A stretch of DNA of 37,448 nucleotides from a virus (taxonomy: Duplodnaviria; Caudoviricetes). A program made the translations under genes and the position numbers. The notes under the pieces were generated by a model, which saw only the letters and a list, made by a program, of their open reading frames with translations, was not told the origin of the DNA and searched no databases. Location of the stretch: the IMG/VR virus record IMGVR_UViG_3300016672_000183, positions 1 through 37,448 of that record; one strand, given 5' to 3'. Shown piece by piece: positions 23,942 through 32,854 of the stretch; positions within the stretch are counted from its first letter, which is position 1, and each line of letters starts with the position of its first letter.

Positions 23942-24250
23942 CTATTCCTCCTGCAACTGGTCGACGTTCTGGATCAGATCCATGTACCGCTTTGCCTGGT
24001 GCAGAAGGGTCTCAATGTCCCGCTTGTCGAAGCACTGCATAGCCTTGGGCACAACTTTCAGATCGAGCACCGCCAGGATCTGGCAGAACTGCTCAAACTT
24101 CTCCGGCTTCATCCGACTGATCGTTGCTTCATCGCAACCGACTGCAAGCGCCACCGGCGCATTGCCGACAGATGCAAGCGCCTGCATGAGAACGACGTAG
24201 TTCCTGCGGGCCCTTGCGGTCTGCTCTTGGCTTAATGGGCTCGTCGACAT
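23942..24250 (-). CDS. cII: CII-like transcriptional regulator
   Basis: VGNAPVALAVGCDEATISRMK...LAVLDLKVVP; lies between cro and initiator. Confidence 0.8.
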   Translation of the reverse strand: MSTSPLSQEQTARARRNYVVLMQALASVGNAPVALAVGCDEATISRMKPEKFEQFCQILAVLDLKVVPKAMQCFDKRDIETLLHQAKRYMDLIQNVDQLQEE

Positions 24251-24252
24251 GA

Positions 24253-24441
24253 TCAGGCCGCCGACTTGGAGGCTTCCGCCTCTTTGTGCATGGCTTCAAT
24301 AGCCTTACCGGTTTCGTAGCCAATGCCGGCGCCCTTACTGGCGCGGTGGATGGTTGGCTGGGTTGTGCCGGCTTTTTTGGCAATTGCTGCCTGGGAAAAG
24401 CCCCAGCCGGCAAGGTCTGCAAGCATTTTCTGAATGGTCAT
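24253..24441 (-). CDS. cro: Cro-like repressor
   Basis: FSQAAIAKKAGTTQPTIHR HTH; divergent from cI. Confidence 0.85.
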   Translation of the reverse strand: MTIQKMLADLAGWGFSQAAIAKKAGTTQPTIHRASKGAGIGYETGKAIEAMHKEAEASKSAA

Positions 24442-24451
24442 ATTGGATCAC

Positions 24452-24531
24452 CAATGCGTTTACGTATTGGTGATGATACGCAAGCGGATTGATCGCTGCA
24501 ATAGACTCCTTTTTAATACGTTTTCTTATTG
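24452..24531. promoter_or_regulatory. OR operators (3) and PR promoter
   Basis: CAATgCG-N4-CGTATTG 24452-24469, tgATACG-N4-CGgATTG 24474-24491, tAATACG-N4-CtTATTG 24514-24531; minus-strand TTGCAG (24501-24496)-17 nt-TATCAT (24478-24473). Confidence 0.75.
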
Positions 24532-24540
24532 GGTAATTTG

Positions 24541-25224
24541 ATGAAGATTGGCGAAAGACTTGCTACGGAAATGGAACGCCTGGGCTTGTCGGAGGGCGAG
24601 CTTGGCAGGCGCTCAGGCGTCAATCAGCCAACTATTCACCGAATCATTACCGGTGACTCCAAGAACCCGCGTCAGGACAACGTGGAGAAGATCGCTAAGG
24701 CGCTTGGCGTGACTTCGGACTGGTTATGGCGTGGTGGCGAGCGCGAGAAAGGATCGAACGTAATTGCGGCGAACTTTGCGGCCAAGGCAAAGGGCGATAT
24801 CGACATCCCTCAATATGACGTGGTGGGATCTATGGGACCAGGGCAGGTAGCACCCAGCGACTACATTGAAACAATCAAAAATATCACCGTTAGAACGGAA
24901 TACCTGCGCGAGCAGGGAGTCAGCTACAGTCGAGCTGAAAACCTTGCAGTCGTTACGGGCTTTGGTGAAAGCATGGAAAAGACCTTCACCAGTGGTGATC
25001 CGCTGATCATCGACAAGGGCGTCAACGAAGTAGTGGTCGATGGCGTCTACCTGTTCTCGCTGGATGGTGTGTTGTACATCAAGCGCCTGCAGCGGTTACC
25101 GAAGATGATCCGCATGATTTCCGATAACGATGCGTTCCCTCCTTATGACATCAAGGGCGCAGAGCTGGACCTGTTGCGCATTCATGCTCGAGTACTGCTG
25201 GCCTGGAACTCAAGGAAGCTGTGA
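24541..25224 (+). CDS. cI: CI repressor (XRE HTH + S24 autopeptidase)
   Basis: LSEGELGRRSGVNQPTIHRI HTH; GESM (Ser) and YIKRL (Lys) catalytic motifs. Confidence 0.92.
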   Translation: MKIGERLATEMERLGLSEGELGRRSGVNQPTIHRIITGDSKNPRQDNVEKIAKALGVTSDWLWRGGEREKGSNVIAANFAAKAKGDIDIPQYDVVGSMGPGQVAPSDYIETIKNITVRTEYLREQGVSYSRAENLAVVTGFGESMEKTFTSGDPLIIDKGVNEVVVDGVYLFSLDGVLYIKRLQRLPKMIRMISDNDAFPPYDIKGAELDLLRIHARVLLAWNSRKL

Positions 25225-25225
25225 T

Positions 25226-25510
25226 ATGGAGCTATTACGAAGCCTAAAAACACCCGTCAATAGGATCGGTTTCACGCTACTGGTCGCTGGCACCATATCC
25301 TTGCTGATATCTGTTTTTTGGTTCTATCAGTGGCGCGGCAGCTCTTACCAGGGCTTCTGGGAGTATGCTTTTATTCAGCGCACGACTAAATCATGGCAGT
25401 TCATGGCCAAGGCCGGTGCGGGCGCCGTGATCATTGGTGCGTGGCTTGCCTGGCTTTATCAGCCCACCATCGGGCGCTTACTGTCCTGGATAAAAGGGGC
25501 TAATTCATGA
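25226..25510 (+). CDS. Two-TM membrane protein (94 aa), moron in rex position
   Basis: Starts 1 nt after cI stop; two hydrophobic helices; more AT-rich than flanks. Confidence 0.65.
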   Translation: MELLRSLKTPVNRIGFTLLVAGTISLLISVFWFYQWRGSSYQGFWEYAFIQRTTKSWQFMAKAGAGAVIIGAWLAWLYQPTIGRLLSWIKGANS

Positions 25511-25746
25511 AAATTCTGCTGATTGCGCTTTCGGCATTTTTACTCACTGCTTGTGCTACGCAAGCCGATCTGGTGTCGATGACATCCGCATCTATCGGCT
25601 GCCCGAAAGCAGAAACACAAATCAAAGATCAGGACATGGGGTGGACTGCCTACAACTGGACTGCCACCTGCCGAGGTAAAACGTTCTACTGCACGAACTC
25701 TGATATTTCCGGCTTCGTCTGCTCCCGAGAGCTGAAGCCCGAGTAA
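25507..25746 (+). CDS. Small Cys-rich lipoprotein (79 aa)
   Basis: MKILLIALSAFLLTA-C lipobox, four further Cys; ATGA-coupled. Confidence 0.75.
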   Translation: MKILLIALSAFLLTACATQADLVSMTSASIGCPKAETQIKDQDMGWTAYNWTATCRGKTFYCTNSDISGFVCSRELKPE

Positions 25747-25763
25747 ATCCGAACATGAGTACC

Positions 25764-25789
25764 GAGCCCGCCACTGAGCGGGCTTTTTT
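25764..25789 (+). terminator. Intrinsic terminator of the immunity transcript
   Basis: AGCCCGC-CACTGA-GCGGGCT-TTTTT. Confidence 0.85.
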
Positions 25790-25805
25790 ACGCCCGGAGA
25801 AAAAT

Positions 25806-25869
25806 CAATTCATTTTCGTATTGACTCAATCAATCCGTTTTCGTATTGTTCGCACATCGCAGCAATACG
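25806..25869 (+). promoter_or_regulatory. OL operators and PL promoter
   Basis: CAATtCa-N4-CGTATTG 25806-25823, CAATcCG-N4-CGTATTG 25831-25848, half site CAATACG 25863; TTGACT (25821-25826)-17 nt-TATTGT (25844-25849). Confidence 0.8.
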
Positions 25870-25874
25870 CGAAC

Positions 25875-26125
25875 CGCTCTTTAGTCCCACCGCAACACCA
25901 CAGGCAAGCGATGGACCGGCCTCAACGGTCCAGAGGGATGGCAACTGTCCCAGGGTGCGCAGCGCAAAGCCCCGAATCAGTTTTCCAGCGGACAGGGTCG
26001 CGGCTGGGTGTTGGGCCCCGAAGGCTCCCGAGAAAGTAATCGCCCAGTCCGCAGGTGGCGTGTAACAGCGGCCAGTAACACCGGAACCTTTCACTGATGC
26101 ACCTGGCGACGGGTGCATTGGGAAA
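25875..26125 (+). ncRNA. boxA plus multi-hairpin PL leader RNA
   Basis: CGCTCTTTA at 25875-25883, then consecutive hairpins at 25912-25932, 25935-25951, 25953-25972, 25985-26007 and 26097-26118 (GCGA tetraloop). Confidence 0.5.
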
Positions 26126-26144
26126 ACAACCGGAGCAACAGCCC

Positions 26145-26399
26145 ATGCTTACCCATTCGGAAACTCACGACACCGCGCGCCATGCGCTGGCCACCTACAT
26201 CAAGAATTGCGGCTGCACCAGCAATGGAGAAGTCGCCTGCGCGTTAGCCGCAATGCTCGGCACTGTCGCCAAGCTCGCCATCGATGCGCAAGACAAAGAA
26301 ACCTCGCTTGAAATGCTCCGCGCGGTTTCGGAGCTGATTGCGAAGCCTGAAACACGGAACAACACCGGCATCGAGCTGGTGCTGCGCCAGCGTCACTGA
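26145..26399 (+). CDS. Hypothetical protein (84 aa)
   Basis: SD GGAG; first ORF after the PL leader. Confidence 0.55.
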   Translation: MLTHSETHDTARHALATYIKNCGCTSNGEVACALAAMLGTVAKLAIDAQDKETSLEMLRAVSELIAKPETRNNTGIELVLRQRH

Positions 26400-26426
26400 C
26401 CCAACCGCCACACTCTGGAGGCGACC

Positions 26427-26717
26427 ATGGAACACGAAATAGTTGTTGAGGGGTTTGTCCTCCAGGTGGAGGTGGCCCATTGCGTGAATGAACCGCCCTG
26501 CCCTGGCAGCTGGAACAGCGATTGGGATGCCCAGGGCGAACGGGAACTGGAATTCAACCTGGTGTCGGGCATCTGCTACGACGAAGACGGGGTTCGGATG
26601 GATGTGCCGGACTATCAATTGCCAGTGCTGGCCCACCAGTACGGGCCTCAGATCACTTTGGCGCTCTGGCATGAAATCGACGCCCGCAATCGCCGGCAAG
26701 GGAGGTGGGCAGCATGA
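26427..26717 (+). CDS. Hypothetical acidic protein (96 aa)
   Basis: SD GGAGG; WNSDWDAQGERELEF motif. Confidence 0.65.
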   Translation: MEHEIVVEGFVLQVEVAHCVNEPPCPGSWNSDWDAQGERELEFNLVSGICYDEDGVRMDVPDYQLPVLAHQYGPQITLALWHEIDARNRRQGRWAA

Positions 26718-26947
26718 GCCGCGCACACCAAACAGCCCTGGACATGATCGATTCACGGTTTGCGCTGCTGCGGGATGGCAACACGTCCGCGCAGTTGCAC
26801 GCTGAAACGTCCATGGCCATTGAAATGGCCCACGCCCTGGGCGCGATCGATATCGAGGAGCACCGGCACTACGTGGCCCGTCAGGATCGAATCATTGAGC
26901 GCCAGCACGAAGAGCTGATGCAGAAGCTGGAGTCGTACCGCCAATGA
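26714..26947 (+). CDS. Hypothetical protein (77 aa)
   Basis: ATGA-coupled; MAIEMAHALGAID motif. Confidence 0.6.
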   Translation: MSRAHQTALDMIDSRFALLRDGNTSAQLHAETSMAIEMAHALGAIDIEEHRHYVARQDRIIERQHEELMQKLESYRQ

Positions 26948-27078
26948 CCATCATCTGCCGAACCGTTAACGAACTCAGAGACGCCCTGCAATCGCAGGGC
27001 TTTTTTCTGGTCACCGATCTACCCCGCCCGCTGCGCATTGAAGTTCGCCGGGGCATGTTGGTTGCGAGGTTTGTATGA
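26944..27078 (+). CDS. Hypothetical protein (44 aa, MTIICRTVNELRDAL...)
   Basis: ATGA-coupled at both ends; translated by hand. Confidence 0.5.
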   Translation: MTIICRTVNELRDALQSQGFFLVTDLPRPLRIEVRRGMLVARFV

Positions 27079-27428
27079 AAAATCTTCCCCAACTGGGCTC
27101 GACAGTCCGCATCGTCAGCATCGGCCTGCCAGTCTGGCCAGAGGCTGAAAAGTTCTTCGGCGCCGACTGCACGTTGTGCGCGGTGTTCATGACTGGTGAT
27201 ACGCAGATGGTTGCGGTCGAGCATCAGGCTGACGCGGTGTGCTGCTGCTTTGTCGCCGATATGGTGCGTACGCCCAAGCAGATCGAGCAGGACAAGCGCA
27301 TCGCAGAAATCGAAGCGCTCGCGGATGAACTTGCGGGATATGAGGGCATCGATGGCGTGCGGGCGCGCCATCACAATCTGGCGCTACACCTAGTGGATCA
27401 GGGATACCGCAAGCAGGATTCACCATGA
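27075..27428 (+). CDS. Hypothetical protein (117 aa)
   Basis: ATGA-coupled ORF. Confidence 0.55.
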   Translation: MKNLPQLGSTVRIVSIGLPVWPEAEKFFGADCTLCAVFMTGDTQMVAVEHQADAVCCCFVADMVRTPKQIEQDKRIAEIEALADELAGYEGIDGVRARHHNLALHLVDQGYRKQDSP

Positions 27429-27544
27429 CCACCCGCCAGCGTGACCGGCGGCGCGCCATCCGCTGGACCTCGGCAATCGTTGGCCTGACCTTCCTCACCA
27501 TCGTTCTCTTGGGCCCCGCCATCGGCGGCCTGATCACTCAATAG
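27425..27544 (+). CDS. Small membrane peptide (39 aa, MTTRQRDRRRAIRW...)
   Basis: Basic N-terminus plus one TM; ATGA-coupled. Confidence 0.5.
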   Translation: MTTRQRDRRRAIRWTSAIVGLTFLTIVLLGPAIGGLITQ

Positions 27545-27553
27545 GTAAACACC

Positions 27554-28075
27554 ATGCCAATCGATCCTCGGGCAAACGCCCCCGAGCGCATTGCTGCACC
27601 TGCGCCGCTGCCTCACGTCAGCCGCCGTGCACTCAAACGCGTGAAAAACCCACTGCCTGTTCCGACCATCTGCCGCTACTGCGGTGGCTGCGTGGAGCTG
27701 GTTAGCAACTCCGAAATCTACAATGGCCGGGAATACGGGGATTGGCCATATGCCTACCTCTGCACCGACTGCAAAGCCTACGTAGGCCTGCACCCGGACA
27801 CGGACATCCCGCTGGGCACGCTGGCGGCGCTGCAACTGCGCAAGGACCGGAACACGGCCAAAGACGCGTTCCACCGGGTGAAAGAGCAGCGCGGGTTCAG
27901 CCGGTCACTGGCCTATCAGTGGTTGGCCGGAAAAATGGGCATCACGGTTGATGTCTGCCACTTCGGGTGGTTCGACCAGGATGAATGCGCGCTGGCGCTA
28001 GCGCTTTGCTCGCAGGACCTGGAAGGCAGCACCGGCATGGCCCAGGCATTTAAAAACGCGAGGAAAAGAGCATGA
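27554..28075 (+). CDS. Zinc-finger protein (DUF3268-like)
   Basis: CRYCGG...YLCTDCKAYVGLHPDTDIPLGTLA...CHFGWFD. Confidence 0.75.
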   Translation: MPIDPRANAPERIAAPAPLPHVSRRALKRVKNPLPVPTICRYCGGCVELVSNSEIYNGREYGDWPYAYLCTDCKAYVGLHPDTDIPLGTLAALQLRKDRNTAKDAFHRVKEQRGFSRSLAYQWLAGKMGITVDVCHFGWFDQDECALALALCSQDLEGSTGMAQAFKNARKRA

Positions 28076-28392
28076 CCATCAAAGAAACCGGCGGCCCGGC
28101 GTTTCCGTGCTCAGAAAACGGCACGTCCCACACGATCGCCATGGCCGTAATGCTCCAGCTTCCCGAAACCGCAAGCACAGAGGAAAAGGACAAGGTCTAT
28201 ATCCAGACCAAGGCCAACGCTATGCAGGGCATGAGCCTGCGCGACTACTTCGCGGCACAGGCACTGCCTGTCGCATGGCATGCCGAAAGCAACTGGTATT
28301 TCGAGGGCAAAGACTGGGGCGACACAAACCAGAAAGTTGCCACAGCTGCCTACCAAATCGCCGACGCAATGTTGGCCGCCCGCTCCGCTTAA
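28072..28392 (+). CDS. Conserved phage hypothetical protein (106 aa)
   Basis: TGGPAFP...GMSLRDYFAAQAL...AYQIADAMLAAR family motif. Confidence 0.7.
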   Translation: MTIKETGGPAFPCSENGTSHTIAMAVMLQLPETASTEEKDKVYIQTKANAMQGMSLRDYFAAQALPVAWHAESNWYFEGKDWGDTNQKVATAAYQIADAMLAARSA

Positions 28393-28446
28393 CTCCTTTC
28401 CCCTAAATACCCTCAATGCTGCGCACGTCGCAGCAAGGAAACTCTT

Positions 28447-29208
28447 GTGTCCGAATTAGCCATCAAGCCCACGTTCAGCCTGGCGCCGCAAAACATCGAT
28501 GAGGCGTTGAAGTTCGCCGACTTCCTCGCGGCCTCCGACATTGTCCCGAAAGACTTTCAGAAAAAGCCCGCCAACATCCTGGTGGCCGTGCAATGGGGCA
28601 TGGAACTGGGCCTGCAGCCCATGCAAGCCATGCAAAGCATCGCGGTCATCAACGGGCGCCCGTCGCTCTGGGGTGACGCGGTCATCGCCCTGGTGCGCAG
28701 CTCGCCGCTGTGTGAATACGTGTACGAGACCGACGACGGCGAGACGGCTTCCTGCCGGGTGAAGCGTGTCGGCGAAGACGAGCAGACCCGCACGTTCAGC
28801 ATGACAGACGCCCAGCAGGCCGGCCTCAAGGGCAAGCAAGGCCCATGGGCGCAGTACCCGAAGCGTATGCGCCAGATGCGCGCCCGCTCGTTTGCCCTGC
28901 GTGACGTGTTCCCCGACGTGCTGCGCGGTATGCCGATGGCTGAAGAAGTCCAGGACATCCCAACCGAGCGCGAACTAAACCAGTCCCTGCCGCGCAAAAC
29001 CGAAGAGCCCAAGGTGCTGCCGGCCTACCCGGACAGCAAGCTCGAGGAAAACGCGGAGAAGTGGCGCGGGATGATCGCGCAGAACCGCACCAGCCCCGAA
29101 CACCTGCTGGTGACCCTTACCAGCAAATACATCGTTACCCCTGAGCAAGAGCAGCGCATTCGCGACCTTGCCCCAATCGAAGGAGAAGCCACCAATGAAA
29201 GTGCATAA
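28447..29208 (+). CDS. RecT/Bet-like single-strand annealing protein
   Basis: SDIVPKDFQKKPANILVAVQWGMELGLQPMQAMQSIAVINGRPSLWGD...WAQYPKRMRQMRA. Confidence 0.85.
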   Translation: MSELAIKPTFSLAPQNIDEALKFADFLAASDIVPKDFQKKPANILVAVQWGMELGLQPMQAMQSIAVINGRPSLWGDAVIALVRSSPLCEYVYETDDGETASCRVKRVGEDEQTRTFSMTDAQQAGLKGKQGPWAQYPKRMRQMRARSFALRDVFPDVLRGMPMAEEVQDIPTERELNQSLPRKTEEPKVLPAYPDSKLEENAEKWRGMIAQNRTSPEHLLVTLTSKYIVTPEQEQRIRDLAPIEGEATNESA

Positions 29209-30838
29209 CGTCCAGCAAGGCACGCCGGAATGGCTGGCCCTTCGCGCTAGTCACTTCACCGCTTCGGAGGCGCCCGCGATGATGGGCGCTTCGAAGTTCC
29301 AGACCCGCAACGATCTGCTGGCGATGAAAAAGACCGGCATTGTTCCGGACGTCACCCCGCAGCAGCAGGCCGCATTCGACCGTGGCCACGCCACCGAGGA
29401 AATGGCGCGCCCCCTGGCCGAGGAAGATATCGGCGAAGAGCTTTACCCAATCGTCGGCACCAGCGGCAACCTGCTCGCCTCGATGGACGGCGCCACGATG
29501 CTGGGTGACGTCCTGTTCGAACACAAGCTGTGGAACGAGAAGGTCGCGACGCAGATCCGCGCCGGCGAGCTGGCGCCGCACTACTACTGGCAGCTTGAGC
29601 AGCAACTGCTGGTGAGCGGTGCCGAACGCGTGCTGTTCGTCTGTTCCGATGGCACCCGCGACAAGTACGTGAGCATGGAATACACGCCTGTCCCTGGTCG
29701 CCGCGAAGAGCTGATCGCCGGTTGGGCCCAGTTCGAACAGGACCTTGGCGAATTCGTGGTCAAGGAAGCCAAGGTCGAGGTGCTTGGCTCTGCACCTGAT
29801 CAGCTGCCGGCGCTACGCATCGAAGTCGAAGGCATGGTCAAGGCCAGCAACCTGGACGCTTTCAAGGCTCACGCCATGACCGTGTTCGGTGGGATCAACA
29901 CCGAGCTGGCCACCGACCAGGACTTCGCCGACGCTGAAACCACGGTGAAGTGGTGCAGCGACGTCGAGGACAAGCTCAAGGCTGCAAAAGAACACGCCTT
30001 GAGCCAGACCGAAAGCATCGACGCGCTGTTCAAGGCTATCGACGACATTACGGCAGAAGCCAAGCGCGTTCGACTCAATCTGAAAAAGAGCATCGACACC
30101 CGCAAGGACAACATCCGCAGTGACATCGTAATCGAGGCGGCGAAGGCCTTGCAGGCGCACGTCGACCAGATCAACGAAACGTTGGGTGGCCGTATCCGCA
30201 TGCCGAAGATGATGGCGGACTTTGCCGGCGTCATCAAAGGCAAGCGCACCATCGCCAGTCTGAAAGAAGCTGCCGACGCCGAGCTGGCCCGCGCCAAGAT
30301 CGAGGCCAGCCGCATTGCTGATCTGATTCGGGTGAACCTGAAAAGCCTGAACGAGCTGGCTGTCGACCATAAATTCCTGTTCGCGGATGCTCAAGAGTTG
30401 GTCATGAAAGCCAACGATGACCTGGTGGCGCTGATCAAGGTCCGAATCAACGAGCACGAACAACAGCAAACCGAGATCAAGCGCCAGGAAGACGAAAAGG
30501 CCCAGCAGCTCGCAGCCCAACAGCAACAGCAGGTCGTTGAGCCAGTTGTTGAGCAGCCAGTGAAAGCCACGGAACAGCCGGCGCAGGTCGCTGCCACACC
30601 GATCAAGACGGCTGCAGTAGTTCAGCAGCCCACGGACGATGGCCGACACTTCAAGCTGGGTGACCTGAGCGACCGCCTCGGCTTCGTCGTGTCTGCCAGC
30701 TTCATGAGTTCGCTTGGGTTTGAACCTGCTGCCCGTGAGCGCGGCGCAACGCTGTACCGCGAATGCGACTTCTCGCTCATCTGTACCGCCCTGGTCAACC
30801 ACATCCAGGCAGTACAGGCCCAACTGGCTGCAGCCTGA
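29195..30838 (+). CDS. YqaJ-like (lambda Exo) nuclease with long C-terminal coiled coil
   Basis: QQGTPEWLALR..FTASEAP, ASMDG, FEHK, YYWQLEQQL. Confidence 0.88.
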   Translation: MKVHNVQQGTPEWLALRASHFTASEAPAMMGASKFQTRNDLLAMKKTGIVPDVTPQQQAAFDRGHATEEMARPLAEEDIGEELYPIVGTSGNLLASMDGATMLGDVLFEHKLWNEKVATQIRAGELAPHYYWQLEQQLLVSGAERVLFVCSDGTRDKYVSMEYTPVPGRREELIAGWAQFEQDLGEFVVKEAKVEVLGSAPDQLPALRIEVEGMVKASNLDAFKAHAMTVFGGINTELATDQDFADAETTVKWCSDVEDKLKAAKEHALSQTESIDALFKAIDDITAEAKRVRLNLKKSIDTRKDNIRSDIVIEAAKALQAHVDQINETLGGRIRMPKMMADFAGVIKGKRTIASLKEAADAELARAKIEASRIADLIRVNLKSLNELAVDHKFLFADAQELVMKANDDLVALIKVRINEHEQQQTEIKRQEDEKAQQLAAQQQQQVVEPVVEQPVKATEQPAQVAATPIKTAAVVQQPTDDGRHFKLGDLSDRLGFVVSASFMSSLGFEPAARERGATLYRECDFSLICTALVNHIQAVQAQLAAA

Positions 30839-30840
30839 TC

Positions 30841-31041
30841 ATGGCTGCTCAATCCATCCTCGACATCTACGACAGTGTCGAGGAGTTCGCCGGGATCCTG
30901 GCCTCCGCTGAGCTGCACGCCAGCGGGGAATGGGAACTGGAATTCGTCGAGAACATCCGCGCCAGCTTCAAGCGTTACGGCGCCCACACCAACCTGAGCC
31001 CGGCTCAACAATCGAAGCTTGAGCGCATCGCCAAGCACTGA
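30841..31041 (+). CDS. Hypothetical protein (66 aa)
   Basis: WELEFVENI...YG...LSPAQQSKLERIA motif. Confidence 0.6.
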   Translation: MAAQSILDIYDSVEEFAGILASAELHASGEWELEFVENIRASFKRYGAHTNLSPAQQSKLERIAKH

Positions 31042-31050
31042 GGAATGCCC

Positions 31051-32118
31051 ATGAAAGCTGAACACAATGCAATTATCGAACGCGCAAAGCTGGGCGGTTA
31101 TGAACCGTCCATGATTGCGCATGAACTGCTGGTGCATGACCTGGTGCAGGCCGCGCTGTTTGAATTCCGCAATGTGCGTGCGCCGTTTCACAGCCTGAAC
31201 GAAGGCCAGCAACAGGAAGTTATCGACCGCGTGACGGAAGCGGCCGAGAAATCGGTATACAACGCGATCAGCATCATCAGCTCCCGCAACGTCGACACTA
31301 TCCCGGTGACCATCGTTGACGCGAAGTTCAAGGCCAAGGCTATTACGGTCACCGCGGCGATTGATGCCCAAGACCCGAACCGGCACGGCCTGATTGATGT
31401 AGCTGGGCGCCTGTGCCTGCTGGTGCTGGCACCGAACGATTACGCCGAGGGCCTGGACGGCATCAAGGCTGAACGCGACCAACCGGACTTGCCGCTGCAC
31501 GTCAGCGACCTGACCGGCAGCCTGTTCGCCAGTGGCAGCGCCAGCGCGGACGAGCTCGCAAGCTATGACGACAACGTGCCAGAGGGCGAAGATCCTCTGT
31601 ACAGCGATGCCGTTGTGTTCGTCATCGAATCCCGCCGCCCAAGCATTTCGGCGGTTCAGCGCAAGTTCAAGATCGGCTACAACCGCGCCGCACGCATCCT
31701 TGAAGGCATGGAGCAAGTGGGGATCGTTACGGCGATTAACTCCAACGGCGCACGCGAGGTGCTGCGCCCGACGCTGACAACTCCAGCCGGACCAGACGAG
31801 CCGGACGGTGAGAGTCTGCTGGGCACCGCCGAAGAGCTTGCCGAGCGCACCGGTGGCGCTGGCAACGCTGGTGCCGACCTTGAAAAGGAGTTCGGCGAGT
31901 TCACCTACGACGACGCCAAGCAACTGATCGTGCTCAAGTCCAACAGCAAGGCGTTCAAGGGCCACTGGGTCCAGAGCCGCCTGGCCATCGACAGCGACAA
32001 GACGGCAACCCTGCTGCTGCGCTTGCTCGATGACAAGGTGCTTGAAATCGAGACCGAGGGTGAATCTGCGTTTGACCACAGCTTCAAGGTCATCGCCACC
32101 CTGGCAGACGTGACTTAA
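31051..32118 (+). CDS. FtsK-gamma (winged helix) domain protein
   Basis: [46 protein letters not shown]...NGAREVL; no motor domain. Confidence 0.85.
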   Translation: MKAEHNAIIERAKLGGYEPSMIAHELLVHDLVQAALFEFRNVRAPFHSLNEGQQQEVIDRVTEAAEKSVYNAISIISSRNVDTIPVTIVDAKFKAKAITVTAAIDAQDPNRHGLIDVAGRLCLLVLAPNDYAEGLDGIKAERDQPDLPLHVSDLTGSLFASGSASADELASYDDNVPEGEDPLYSDAVVFVIESRRPSISAVQRKFKIGYNRAARILEGMEQVGIVTAINSNGAREVLRPTLTTPAGPDEPDGESLLGTAEELAERTGGAGNAGADLEKEFGEFTYDDAKQLIVLKSNSKAFKGHWVQSRLAIDSDKTATLLLRLLDDKVLEIETEGESAFDHSFKVIATLADVT

Positions 32119-32131
32119 CTGGAGGCTGGCA

Positions 32132-32353
32132 ATGCGCAACGTCGAAGTTACAACTCGCGTCTGGATACAGCCATCTGAAGGTGTCCGGGGACATTGGAAA
32201 CCTACAGAGCCGGTAGCTGCCAAGTTCCACCAGTTCGGTTCGGCCTATGAAGAGTTCGAATCGGGCCCTGGAAACTATTCGGTTGCCATCGTGGAAATGC
32301 CAGATGGAACGGTTCAGGCCCTAGCCCTCTCGGACATTCGTTTTCTCGATTAA
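32132..32353 (+). CDS. Hypothetical protein (73 aa)
   Basis: KFHQFGSAYEEFESGPGNYSVAIVEMPDGTV motif; SD GGAGG. Confidence 0.65.
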   Translation: MRNVEVTTRVWIQPSEGVRGHWKPTEPVAAKFHQFGSAYEEFESGPGNYSVAIVEMPDGTVQALALSDIRFLD

Positions 32354-32416
32354 CCAACTATTGCAATACCGCCAGGCGCCTACGGGCGCCTTTCTCTTGC
32401 CCAAAGGAAAGTGCCC

Positions 32417-32854
32417 ATGGCCAAGCCAAAGCAACCGCTATACGTGCTGCCCCATGGAATCGAAGTGATCGGGGAATACGCACCAAAGGGGAAGAACAAG
32501 TATTGGAGGGTCAGGATCCGACCTCACCAATTTTTCCCGAATGTCCCTGTTGTGTCAGATGGCTGCTACGTCCGACGCAGCCGCGTAGTCCTTTCCGCCA
32601 AGATTGGCCGAGCATTGTTGGTGACGGAGATCGCGCACCATATAAACGAAAACAAGGCGGATGACAGCCCAGGCAATCTGGAGATAGAAACTCCTGCCTC
32701 GCACAACTCCCATCACAAAAGCGGCGTTACCCACACCGCCGAAGCCAAAGCAAAAACATCTCAATCACTCACCGACTGCTACGCCGCCGGCGCCCGACGT
32801 CGCACCCGCGTAATTAGCAGAAACGAAAAAGGACAAATCCTATGCACAATTTAA
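32417..32854 (+). CDS. Free-standing HNH endonuclease with NUMOD3-like tail
   Basis: IGRALLVTEIAHHINENKADDSPGNLEI...HNSHH; HTAEAKAKTSQSL. Confidence 0.8.
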   Translation: MAKPKQPLYVLPHGIEVIGEYAPKGKNKYWRVRIRPHQFFPNVPVVSDGCYVRRSRVVLSAKIGRALLVTEIAHHINENKADDSPGNLEIETPASHNSHHKSGVTHTAEAKAKTSQSLTDCYAAGARRRTRVISRNEKGQILCTI

